The translations under genes were made by a program, and so were the position numbers. A stretch of 63,755 bases of DNA, filler included, from Conidiobolus incongruus B7586 (Eukaryota): assembly GCA_000697335.1 (NCBI GenBank). It is 18 parts of 18 records of this genome, joined end to end, with 100 filler letters (N's around TTAATTAATTAA, not from the genome) between each part and the next. Parts side by side here need not be neighbours in the genome. Positions count along the whole stretch, not along the records: positions 43,288 to 52,266 come from JNEM01000303.1; positions 52,367 to 59,356 come from JNEM01000304.1; positions 59,457 to 63,755 come from JNEM01000315.1; 15 more parts are not named here. One strand, written 5' to 3'. How positions within the stretch are numbered: position 1 is the first letter of the stretch; each line of letters opens with the position of its first letter. Below the pieces are notes generated by a model that saw nothing but the letters and a program-made list of their open reading frames with translations, was not told where the DNA came from and did not search any database. Shown in pieces: positions 51,920-63,755 of this stretch.

Positions 51920-54268
51920 ATATATTTTAATTAATTTAGAATAAATTTTCAATACCATATAACAATAATAATTTAATAAATATATATATTAATTGTAATT
52001 TATAATTTTTGATAAAAGTTTCATTTATTTATCCACTATTTATTGAATATAATTCATAAAAATTATTTAACAGTTAATTAGATAAACAAAAAATGATATT
52101 ACGATGTGTTATTTAGGTATTATATTGAATTATAAAATTAATTAAATATAAAACTGAAATTTATTAATGTTATACAATTTATTCATTTTTTAATTTATTT
52201 TGATATTTATGGTTAAAAAATTTACTAAAATTAATTAGGGTATTGAATAATAAATCAATTGAAATANNNNNNNNNNNNNNNNNNNNNNNNNNNNNNNNNN
52301 NNNNNNNNNNTTAATTAATTAANNNNNNNNNNNNNNNNNNNNNNNNNNNNNNNNNNNNNNNNNNNNATAATTAGATTATTAAAAAATAAATATTATAAAA
52401 TTTAAATTTTGAATAATTTGAATAAAATTACATATAAAATGATATAGATATTATTTATTCAATATCAATAAAGCAATAATTATATGAATAAATATAAATA
52501 TAAATTTATCTTTAATTTTAGTATTTGAATATTGAAATTGAAAGAGGAAAAATCAATTGAATTGATTTTATTAAACTCAAATCATTTTCTAATTTATTTG
52601 TAAAGATTATTTTTAGAAAATATTAAATTATATAATATATTGATTATATGTATTAGTCAGAATGATTTGGACAATGTCACTTTAGTTGAAATAATTTATT
52701 TATTGAAAGTTTGAAATTTCAAACTAAACTATCAAAATATGCTTTATAGTAATTTTATTAATATAAAATATTAAATATTTAGAAAATCAAATTGTTCAAT
52801 TATAGTGAAGCTCTGAATTATTAATGCTTATATATTTGGATAAGCAAATTTATTGAAAGTTGATAAAATTTGGCATTATTTTGAAACAAACAAAATAATT
52901 TAAAAATATAAGAGAAATATTTTTTAAAATTGATTTAAAAGAATTCAAAAGGATCTCAAATTAATGAATTGTGTAATAAATACTTAATCATTTCCCCAAT
53001 ATTACATCACAAAGTTCGACATTAAATTAGCTGAACTACTATTTATCAAAAATTTATCACAATGCTTTCTACTGCATTAACCAATAAAAATTCAAAAATC
53101 CGGATCAATGATATGGCCAAATTCTAAGGGATATACAGCTATTATTCTAAAAATCCAGAAGTATAATAGTAATACATTACCTTAAAGCAATTCAATATTA
53201 ATAATTTGATCATTATAGGATTAGAATATGTGATTAGCATTATTCGATAACTGATTTAAACAATTTATCATAATTAAAATATAAAACAAATTTAAAAAAT
53301 AACTCTAGATAAAATCAAAATTTAAAAAAATCTTGAATTGTGAAGTTTAAATAGTATACTAATATTAACTGTTTCATTTATAAATCATATTTTTTTTATT
53401 TATTATATTAATGGATTAGATATACAATCAATTTCCCTCTCATTTATTTGAATCAAAAAAGATAATATGATTTCATCATGATGTCATAAAAATGAGGTTT
53501 ACAATCATTCTAATAATTTTTTTCGAATAATATATATTCAATTATAAAAATTAAAGAATAGATGAAATATTTAATAGAGTCAACGAGGTTGCTTTTATAC
53601 TTAACCAATTATTGATATAATAAATTGTGAGCATTTATTATTATAAAATATGTTATTAAAACTTAAATTTTTCAAAATTTTGATATATTTCAATTAATAA
53701 TTCAAAAATCATAGAGTAAATTTTAAGTTGCCAGATGTAATTGCATACTATAAGATCAATATGTATTTGTGTCAATGAAATATAGTATTTTAGCTAAATT
53801 TTAATAGTTTGCATATCAATTTTTTTTGGCAAATAGGCAATATGACATTCATAATTAAAACATTCAAACATAAATTTTGCAAAATAAAATAAGGTTAAGA
53901 AATATAGAATATTGTGCAAATAAGATATATTGATAGAGAATCCATTGATTAGAAACCACATCATATATCATAATTACAATCTGAAAAATGATTGTGCAAA
54001 TATATAAATTGAAATTCATATTACAAAAATGAATTGTTCATTAAATAAAGTGTAATGGAAAGATGGGTGCTATATGAAAAAAAAGACAGATATGATTTCA
54101 TTAGACTTGAAATTGTTTGTTAGATGGTGAAAATCATATCATATTCGTAGTACAATGATGTAATTATTAGTGTGCAATGGAGAATTTTCTATTAACATTA
54201 TTAAATCTTTTCATTTAAATGAATGGAGAAAGAGAATGGAAAATAAGTATATGGTTTTACAAGGTGTT

Positions 54269-55084
54269 TCATGGTGTGGATGTGTTGGATCGCGACCGCT
54301 GTGAGTTGGGAGGAGATAATTCATCCTCCAAGTTAGGTCCACCTGGCGATCTTCTCTTAGCCATGAATCGGTTTGAAGAAGCCGTTGACTGGTCACTCAA
54401 GCTACGCTTCACTGAGACTGGCTTAGGCTGATGTGTATTATTTTTTTCACCACAATGGTGTCCAAATATTAGCATTTTCAAATCCATAATCTTCATCTTA
54501 AGGTCCAGGACCTCGCGGGACAATTTGTCGTTCTCACCCTGATACCATTTCAGACTCTCCTCTTGTTTTTGAATCTTTTGTTTCTGTTTAATGCGACATC
54601 GGCTTGCAGCCTCTCTATTGTTCTTTAATCGCTCCAATCTTTTCTGATCAATAGGGAGAACCGGATGGGACTGAGTCCTTTGCGGTCTCATTTTACTTTG
54701 GATAGGCGGAAGAGCCGCTTCCATCCTTTCCTCTAAACGAGGACTTATATTTTGTGAATTAAATTTTGTGATTCCTTGTTCAGAAATATTCAATATTGAA
54801 GCCAAATTCCCTGGGAGTCGCACAAGATTCTCAGAGGGATAGCTGTTGGATCGGGAGCTACTCTTATCAGATCCTGTAAAGCCATCTGTCAAGTCAGCCA
54901 TTGAGAGGTTTTGACTTGATGAAGATATAGGCACAGGTGATGTGAAAGCTTGCCTTTGGGGCTCATTCTCAGTAATTGGAGAGTGAGGATCAAGTAAAGA
55001 GGTAATAGGAGGTAAAATCACAGAAGAGTCATGACTCGTTACCTCAAATGGATGTGGGACATTACAACTGATGTTCGATCTCAT
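54269..55084 (-). CDS. bZIP transcription factor, ATF/CREB-like, 271 aa
   Basis: Basic region KRLERLKNNREAASRCRIKQK followed by a heptad zipper ending ...LKMLIFGHHC. First ATG is at 55084; the track's 55087 start is TTG. Confidence 0.9.
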   Translation of the reverse strand: MRSNISCNVPHPFEVTSHDSSVILPPITSLLDPHSPITENEPQRQAFTSPVPISSSSQNLSMADLTDGFTGSDKSSSRSNSYPSENLVRLPGNLASILNISEQGITKFNSQNISPRLEERMEAALPPIQSKMRPQRTQSHPVLPIDQKRLERLKNNREAASRCRIKQKQKIQKQEESLKWYQGENDKLSREVLDLKMKIMDLKMLIFGHHCGEKNNTHQPKPVSVKRSLSDQSTASSNRFMAKRRSPGGPNLEDELSPPNSQRSRSNTSTP

Positions 55085-55417
55085 CAATTAAAAGAAGTAT
55101 ATAGTTTAATAGTGAATAAATAAATATACACAAATGGTAGGCGTTTTAATATGTGGATTAATAATAGAATATAAGGGTAATTGCATATATGATGACAACT
55201 ATGTAGTTAAATAAAATGAGCTCATTTATTGAAGAGCTCAGTTAGAAATCAGTATTGGTTAATAAGAAGTAAATAGATGACAAGGACAATATTTAATCAA
55301 TCAAGCTCAAATACTATCCACAAGTAAAAATTAACTATAAATCACGAAGAGTCAAAAAGACAAGTTAAATTCGACTTTGAACAAATCTAGAGTAGCTAAA
55401 AAGTGAATAGTTGAGGG

Positions 55418-55614
55418 TATTTATACTCAACCAGAATTCCAAAAATAAGTATAATAATAAATGAAATAATGAAACCAAAAATTCTCCCTATTGCATTTTT
55501 ACGTCATTATATCAAACAGTGCATTGATGAAAATGAATGCATGATGAGTTATGAAAACATTGAATTTTAATCGAACTCCATCAATCAAGCAAAATTGAGT
55601 CATCAATACGTAAT
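55418..55614 (-). promoter_or_regulatory. Putative bZIP-gene promoter: TATA box plus CRE- and AP-1-like sites
   Basis: TATAAATA on the minus strand (55418-55425), ATGACGTAA on the minus strand (55499-55507), TGAGTCA (55596-55602) and TACGTAAT (55607-55614). Confidence 0.4.
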
Positions 55615-58600
55615 CTCATTGTTTCAATCAAGAATTGTTTAATTTTTTATATTGAATTCATGACTTATTTATCCTTTATTTTGGATTAAGATTGTTTAAA
55701 TTAATCAAGTTTGATCTGTGTTTTATATAACTACTGGTTCAATTAACCCTCTATAAATGTAAACATCCTTTAAAAGAATATATTAATGTTCAGTGTTCAC
55801 TATCTTTAATTTTTATAATTCCAATAATCTCTAAGATAGACCACTGAAAATAAATACTCATTAATAACAAGAATGTATCCATCAAGGAGCAATAGAGATT
55901 ATAGCCTAATATTATCCAATCAAATGCGTGCGCAATTTTAAATAGAACGATTAATGAATGTTTTATTCAGATCAAACAATGTTATCATTTGTGTGTAACT
56001 TGATTACTGTCCAAAAAATATTCTTTCATAACTCCATAGGATATAAAGATTGACCAATTAATTATATCATCCCAACTTTAACCAACTCTAATAACTCAAG
56101 TGCCACTATTACTTTCGCCATATTAGGCTAACTCTATCAAATGGGAGATGAAATGTATTTAGAACTTGGTAGATAATTTGCATTAAATCACAGGTATAAT
56201 CAGGTACTCTCCAAACTTTATTCCCCCGATTCTTGGCAAAGATTCTAATCCGCCCGTAAATTTTTAAATCAAATCCTATCAAGAATTTGGATAAGTTTGA
56301 GATTGAGATTTAGCCCCACTTCCGGAACTATGACCATTAATCGGACCTTGAATTAAGTTTGATTTAATTTGATTGGAGAATGAAGTGGGTTTATTTAATT
56401 CTCCTATAAATTAAAGTAAGCAATCTCAAGATTTGTAATCTTACCTTCTGGATTGATTATTTGGTTTAAATATTGATACTTAATTAATTAATCGACTATG
56501 GTTCAATATACAAGCACTTAAGATTAACTAGATTTCAATATGCTAAGTATCAAATATAATATCAAAATTTAATTTTTGAGGATATATCATTAAAATATTA
56601 AATATAGTTTAGTACTATTTTGATTTGATTTTAAATTTCTAGTTATTATCTAATCTTCACCTTGTCCATAGTATTTTATCCCTTTAAATATCTATTTGAT
56701 AATCTCATCATAATAAATTTTAATAAAATTTTTAAGATATTACTAATTTGAATTCGATTAAGAAAATTTTTTAATAAAATCTGGTATAAATATTTTTTGG
56801 TTCCATTTAAAATGTATTTAAATAATTTAATTTAACTAAATTGAAAAATTCCTTTTTTGTATAGTAAAATTCAAATTAGATTTTGAAAATAAGCAAATTA
56901 AATTTATCCAATCATTTGATACAAATATGAAACTTGGAATAGATTTATTTTGATTTGAATAATATTCAACTAGTTAATAGATATTATTCATTGTAGCATA
57001 TGATACTTCAAAATAGTAAGTATTAATATCGGAATTGGTGAATATATAATATCAGTATATTCCACTATATTTGGATTTATCAACTTCAATTCATTTTACT
57101 AGTTTTAATTACTTTCCAAATCTTATAGAAAATTAAGTGTTCAATATATATTATGTTAATATTAGTTATAATTTCAAATTATTATGACAATGTATTTTAA
57201 TTAAACAAAAATAACGTGGGTAGTTTATTGAATTTTAACCCTTGATTTATATATAATTTTATACAACTCTTCTATTCTCATGTTTAGTTTATAATTGTAT
57301 TGTTAATGGAAAAAATTGTGTTGCTTTTGTTGATATTGAATAGGACACAGAGTTAATCAATAATACCTAAATAAGATAATAAAATTCAATTTTCTCGATT
57401 ATAATTTGTCAAATATTTGAGATTAAAAATTACATACATTCGGTTTAAAAAGACAAAAATAATGTCACTGATTATCTGATAGTACTGGCATTGTAGTTCT
57501 ATTGATTACTAGTAGAATTTTGATAATGGGGAAGGATGTGACTTGCTTGTGGTTGGTTTTGTAGTTTGGGTTGAGGTCTTTCATCAGGGTTAGTTAAGAA
57601 TCTAAGGGCTTCACAAAAGACGAGAGGTGATGATAAAAATCCATTCCAGTAATAATTCTTTTATAAGCCATTCGTCGGCCATAGGTAGTGTAAAGTAGTG
57701 TATTAGGTCTTTAAAAAAATGAGGTCTTGAAATGGTGTGACGGGCATTCAAGAATTATATCACCATAGGGTAATAGATTGCGAGATGAAGTTGGCCATAC
57801 TGGTTATTATTTATCTAATCACAATATTATTACATAAATCTCAATATATTATTTCCATATCATCGATATCGCTTTAATTATATTTTTCCAAATTAGTATT
57901 TCGATTCATTGTAAATTTTGATTATAATACAAATAATTGAAACCTTCCATAACAATATAATCTGAAAATACTTCAAATTTCATGATGTCATTTTTATTAA
58001 TTAAAGCTTAAAATTATACACGATCTTTATTTTTTTTGAACATTAATAAACATTGAATTGCCTGGATAAATTGTTAATTTATCCAAGTATATTTGTATAT
58101 TTTATGATTTTGAATAATAAAGGTGTTTAATTTCAAATATCAACTTCAGACATTCTGTTTAGTTCCGATGCAATATAAATTATATATGATACTTTTTGTT
58201 GATGTACTTTAAATATATTTACTTTTATATAGACTTGATAAATATTTCAACTATAAACATTAATTATATAGAAAGTTAATCGCGTAATATTACATGATAA
58301 ATTTCGCAATTATGATTGGACTAATATTTTTAACTATAGATATTAATTATATTCTTGCTCCCATGATCTAATGTGTCAAACTTATTTGTTTGATTATTCA
58401 AACCTTAAACTTGATTATCATTTTTAGACACTTTTTCAAAATACAATTTACTACTTACTTGTTACAATTGATATAATATTCTTAACAATTTAAGGATAAA
58501 CATAAATTCAAATATAATTAAAATTTATTCCTATTTTTTTAAGAAAATATTAGACAAGAAAAATTACAAATAAGGGATATAATATTTTCTTATCATTATA

Positions 58601-61600
58601 TTTATTTCAAGAGGTTTATAGCTGTAGATACGAAATATTCCAGTATTCTGCATCAATCTTTTAAATCTTTTGATAACCTTGATGCTGTTTTCAAACTAAC
58701 AAATATGTTAATTTTATTTCATTGTATATTATTTTATATTTCCATCTGTTTAAGAAATTTGTGATATGGATATATGTCAAATTAATTCTGTAAAATGAGT
58801 CAAAAAATCGCATCAAATGTTCCAATCTAATTAATCATTTTTCTCTTAAATTCTGGAATTTGAAAAGAATAATAATTATTTAATATATAAACTCAATTTT
58901 AGGTTTTTTAAGAAATAATTTAAAATTTTATAAATATATAAAATTAGATATAAATATAAAAGCTTATGTAGTTCATACTACACATAGAATATTAAAAATA
59001 ATTTTTTATTAAGATTATATATATATTTATATAATATTATTATATTAAGATTAAAATTAAATTAAAATTAATTTTATAAATTATTAGAATAGTAGATTAA
59101 TAGTTGGAAAAGATTATATATTTTTTATTATATATTTTTAATAGATATTTCTAATAGGTATATATATCAATAAAATTATTATAATATTATTATAGTAATA
59201 ATATTATTTTAAGTATATGTTAACTCATTAATTAAAATAGTTGATAGTTTATTTTTAATAATATCTTAATTGATAAATTATTAAAATTTTTTACTATATT
59301 AATATTTTAATTTACGAAAATCATAAATTTATAATATTGAATATAAAATAATAAGTNNNNNNNNNNNNNNNNNNNNNNNNNNNNNNNNNNNNNNNNNNNN
59401 TTAATTAATTAANNNNNNNNNNNNNNNNNNNNNNNNNNNNNNNNNNNNNNNNNNNNAAAAAATTTCCTTTATTATAAAATAATCATATATCATAAATATC
59501 ATATAAGTAAAACCAAAGATAATTATAGGTATTTAATCATATATATTTAAAATTAAATAAAAATTATAACTATTCTTAAGATTATATAAATACAAATTCA
59601 AATATTAACATATTTAAATCATATTTTTTTATTATTTAATAATGAATTAAATCAGTTTTTAAAAATTAATATTAGGATATACTCCCTTGAAGTTTTTTCA
59701 ATTATATATAATATTTAGAAAAAATAATTAAATTTAATTAACTTTGAATAAATTTAAATATAAACAATAAATTCTAATATTTAACTATATTTTATTTGAT
59801 ATATTTTTCTTTTGAATATAAATTAATATTATAAAATTTTAATATCAAATAATATTTATTTAAAAAAAATAAATGAGTTCCAATTATTAAATATTGAATA
59901 TCATAATTTGATTAATATATCATAATTATAACTAATTAACATTGATAAACTAATCTAACCAAAATTTTATTAAATTGATATATAATATTTTAAAATTGAT
60001 TTATTCAAGGTATTATGAATAGATCAGAGAAAAGTTCATTTTGTTAAATTGAGAAACAACGTGCTAAAAATCGATATTATAAATTGATGACTTGATTATA
60101 TTGTATATTGAGAGTGTTGAGAGTTTAATTTCTTTTATGAATATTAAAATTAAAAAATATAGATATTTATTTTATATAATATCTGAAATAACTTGATATA
60201 GAATATAATGTTAATTAAAGAGGATAAAAATTATTTTAATAAAATAAATTTTATTACTGAATAATCTTTTTTGAAATCAAATTTCACAACTTGATTATCT
60301 TATGATATAATAAATTCGGCATAATATATATATATAATTTATGGAGATGAATATTGGATAATAACAATAAATTGTGATATATGACGACTGGTTAATTAAC
60401 AGGGTGATGAGTCATCCACCTAGCTTATAATAGCATTCAAATAACACAATAATCGGAATTCTTATTCAAATTCTTTTATTATTTCTGCAGGTAAGATAGT
60501 TCAAATATTTTGAAAAGAGTTAAAAGGGATTAGATATTCAAAATCTAAAATTTAACTAAGCAAAAAACGTAAAATTCCCAATATAAGTGTTGAATTTATC
60601 GAAATGGACAATTTCAAGTAATTAACTATTAATCTGATATTAAATTGATAAAAGTCTGATCATTGTAATATGGATAAAATAAAAGTCTGAGTTATTTTAA
60701 TCCGAAATTTTCAATTTTTAAAGAAATTAGAATTCTTAGAATTAATTTTACCATTATAATTATCTAATAATAAAAAATTATAAAATAAACATTTTGTATT
60801 ATATAATATTGAAGGATAGGTATATCTAATAATATATATTATAATTGGGTAATTTTAACATTTATCACTAGTTTCGTTATTAACCACAATGAATATTTTA
60901 TCCACATTCTTTACTCAACAATTTGTCATTTTCAAATAAATAATAAATTAATAAATAAAAAATTGGTAAAATATTAATTAATATAGACTAATTTGGTAAT
61001 ATAACTAAGTATTCATATTCACATATTTGATCAAAAATTATATTTAATTTTCAACAGGTTCAAAAGAATGAGAACGAATAATCATTTTGAAAAATTGAGG
61101 TAAAAGGTTCCATATGCAGAATAGTAACTAATTTCAAATTACATAAATGAAAATTGGTACTTGAAATGGTTAATTATTTAATTTATAAAAATACAAATAT
61201 TTGTAAGTGGATTGTCATATTAATAGTAATGATTAGTGAAAATAATTAATAGAATTAATATATGTCCTTATCATTTGAATGATATAATTGTATTATAATA
61301 AGGTTTATTTATTGATTTATTATTATATATATATCAAACAATTGAAGGATATAACAACCAAATAGTATGACATAGTTCTAGAATAAATATATTGATTTTT
61401 TACAAAATAATGATAAATTTATAATCACATCAAACAAAATGTTATTAATAATTGACACAATTCATAATATTCAAGTTTAAATAACCAAATAAATTAGTCA
61501 TTTAGAAAAATGATATTTGTAATACTAATTAAGTGTGTTGAAATTAACATCCAGTATTGATCATTTGACTTTAATATATCATTGTTAATTGATCTATTCA

Positions 61601-61670
61601 GTATAAATATCTAAGTGGTAGCACAATTTATAAGATCTTGAATCTTCAAAAACTTAAAATTTGAAACAAG

Positions 61671-62722
61671 ATGAATGATTTTGATATTGCTTTAAGTTTA
61701 GTAAAAATATTGAATCCTATAGGCTTATCATGTGCTATCCTCATTGTAATTACCTTAGCACTATTGGCATTGATCGATGTGAAGCATGTTAACAGAGTCA
61801 CTATTCGATTCATTTTAGCTATTGCAATTTCTGATATTATGATTCATATTTCAGAACTATTGACTAATTCATCACAAAATACTATTAATCAAATTGGATG
61901 TTGGAGTATCTTGGGTTTTCAAAACTTTTCAAGATTGATTTATTCTATCACACATTTGACTACTTCTATCCATTTGTATAGAGTATATGTATTATTAAAG
62001 AGATCTTCTCCAAAGCTAGAATTAAAGGCCTATGCGATTGTTTGGGTAGTTAGTTTTGCTATTACTGTGATTTTAGTAATACTGGGAATTTTCTTGAAAC
62101 ATGCAACTTTACAATATTGTGAAATGAGTGGATCTCCTTTTCCTCTAAATATTATACATGAAAGCATCCATACAAGTTTGAATTTGCTTACAATGATATT
62201 TTCAATATACGTAATGATTGTTGGTAAACAGAGCTTGAGTCATTGGATTGAGACTTATGCCAAGAGCCATCTTCAAGGAGAGGATAATATCAGAAACTTC
62301 CAATTGGAACGATTGAAAATGGCCGAGAGATCATTTCTTTACCCTCTAGTTACACTGTTCACACTACCAGCAGTATGTGTCATGTCAATTTTGATCTGTT
62401 TTAATATAACATCAGTAAAAATGGAAATTATTACTTCTTTTTTCACCGGACTTTCTGGTATATTGACATTTATTTCTTTTATCTTGGATCCTGCTGTATG
62501 GAACGCAATTAAAGTGGCCTTAACACAGTTGAACACTGGGTATAAAGGTAATTATTCTTTATTCTTTTTTATTGACAGAGGTAAACATATCCGATTTTAG
62601 GTGAAGATCCTATCTACATGAATGAATTTGAACAGGGATCTACTGCTCCTCTAACTCGAGAGCAAATGGAGAGAGAATTATACATGCACGATTTTAAGTA
62701 TTTCTTCAATTTATTTAGTTAA
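61671..62722 (+). CDS. 7-transmembrane GPCR-like protein (Git3/cAMP-receptor-like), probably 2 exons
   Basis: Seven hydrophobic segments, with RFILAIAISD in TM2, a Cys before TM3, a Cys in ECL2, FLYP in TM6 and FILDP in TM7. A likely 53-nt GT-AG intron (62548-62600) extends the frame to GEDPIY...NLFS* at 62722. Confidence 0.8.
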
Positions 62723-63755
62723 CTGGATTGTAGAAAATTTAATCCTTTTAATTAACATTAACTTTATTTCATACAAATTTAACCAAAAGGATATTTATTG
62801 AACTATTTATCAATTGAATTCAAAATGAAAAATTATTTATTTTATATAACAGTAAGATTTTAAAAAATAAATCAAAAATTTTGTACTCTATATATTCAAA
62901 CAAAAATAGATTAAAATTATAATATCCTTAAATTATTAATGTATATATATATTTTTGTATTTATTGAAAATTAATTAATTATCACACTTTTATAATATTA
63001 ATATTAAATATAAAAATATTTTATAATAAATATATATAATAAACCAACTAATAAAAAGTAAAAATATGATATAATTATTATTTTATATTATATCATAATC
63101 TAAATTATTTATATTGAAAATGGGATTTTAAACATCAAATAATAAACAAATACTTTATTTTCTCAATAAATATATCTGATAATTTGCTCAATTCATTTTA
63201 GCAAATTTGTTCTATAAATATTTTTATCAGATGGAAAAAGTGCAGTTTATTTAATTAGAGTTTAGATAATTGGATAAATTATAATATTCCACTAATAATG
63301 AAATTTTAAAAAACAATAATTATTAAATTTTACTTATTATAAACCATATAATATATATAATGGTAAAAATGAAAATTAACTTATTTAACTCAAAATTAAT
63401 CAATATTTTTTTCTTGTTTCATATATTTATTTAAAAGATATTACTATATCTAATTTTTGATTAATAATTATTATTTTAAATTGATATAAAATTAGACTTT
63501 GGAACTTTGCCTTATCACTACCTATAATTTTATTAAAAATATATAAGTAATGTTATTATAATAATATATCTTTATATATCTATTAATTAGAAACTAAATT
63601 ATATAATTATTTCTTCAAATGGAGTATTTGACATAATAAAGTATATAAATGAGCTCATATTTAATTCAAATTAAATTTATTTAAATTTATTAAAAATTAT
63701 TATAATTTTTATTTTATTTAATTATTTTTATTTTAATTTAATTAAAGATTAAAAT

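Noticed and set aside
54211..54431. ORFs 54211-54396(-) and 54219-54431(+)
   Set aside because: Alternative-frame and antisense shadows of the bZIP 3' end.
62339..62536. 65-aa minus ORF
   Set aside because: Antisense shadow of the 7TM gene.

Overview
Extremely AT-rich eukaryotic (fungal) DNA made of about 18 contigs joined by 17 artificial 100-nt spacers (N-run + TTAATTAATTAA + N-run), so adjacency across gaps is uncertain. The Zn2Cys6 factor shows it is fungal. The AT-rich genes, ~50-nt introns, 6-exon RBX1 and the gene families suggest an early-diverging (e.g. Entomophthorales/Zoopagomycota-like) fungus, but that is inference only. Host genes: a Zn2Cys6 transcription factor; a secreted M28 carboxypeptidase-Q-like peptidase with a divergently oriented pseudogene; two convergent VC0807-like membrane proteins; RBX1 (missed by the ORF track); two tandem 3-exon questin-oxidase-family genes; an ATF/CREB-like bZIP; and a 7TM receptor-like gene. 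Positions ~4.4-24.3 kb (plus ~33.3-34.6 and ~42.5-43.2 kb) are a graveyard of transposons: Ty3/gypsy pol and LTRs, seven or more IR/DR-type Tc1 (DD34E) copies and four to five mariner (DD34D) copies. All were destroyed mainly by C>T/G>A transitions with near-total loss of CpG and strong CpA/TpG depletion, while host genes and their duplicates were spared. This RIP-like, repeat-specific hypermutation is the most notable signal. All translations and comparisons were done by eye.
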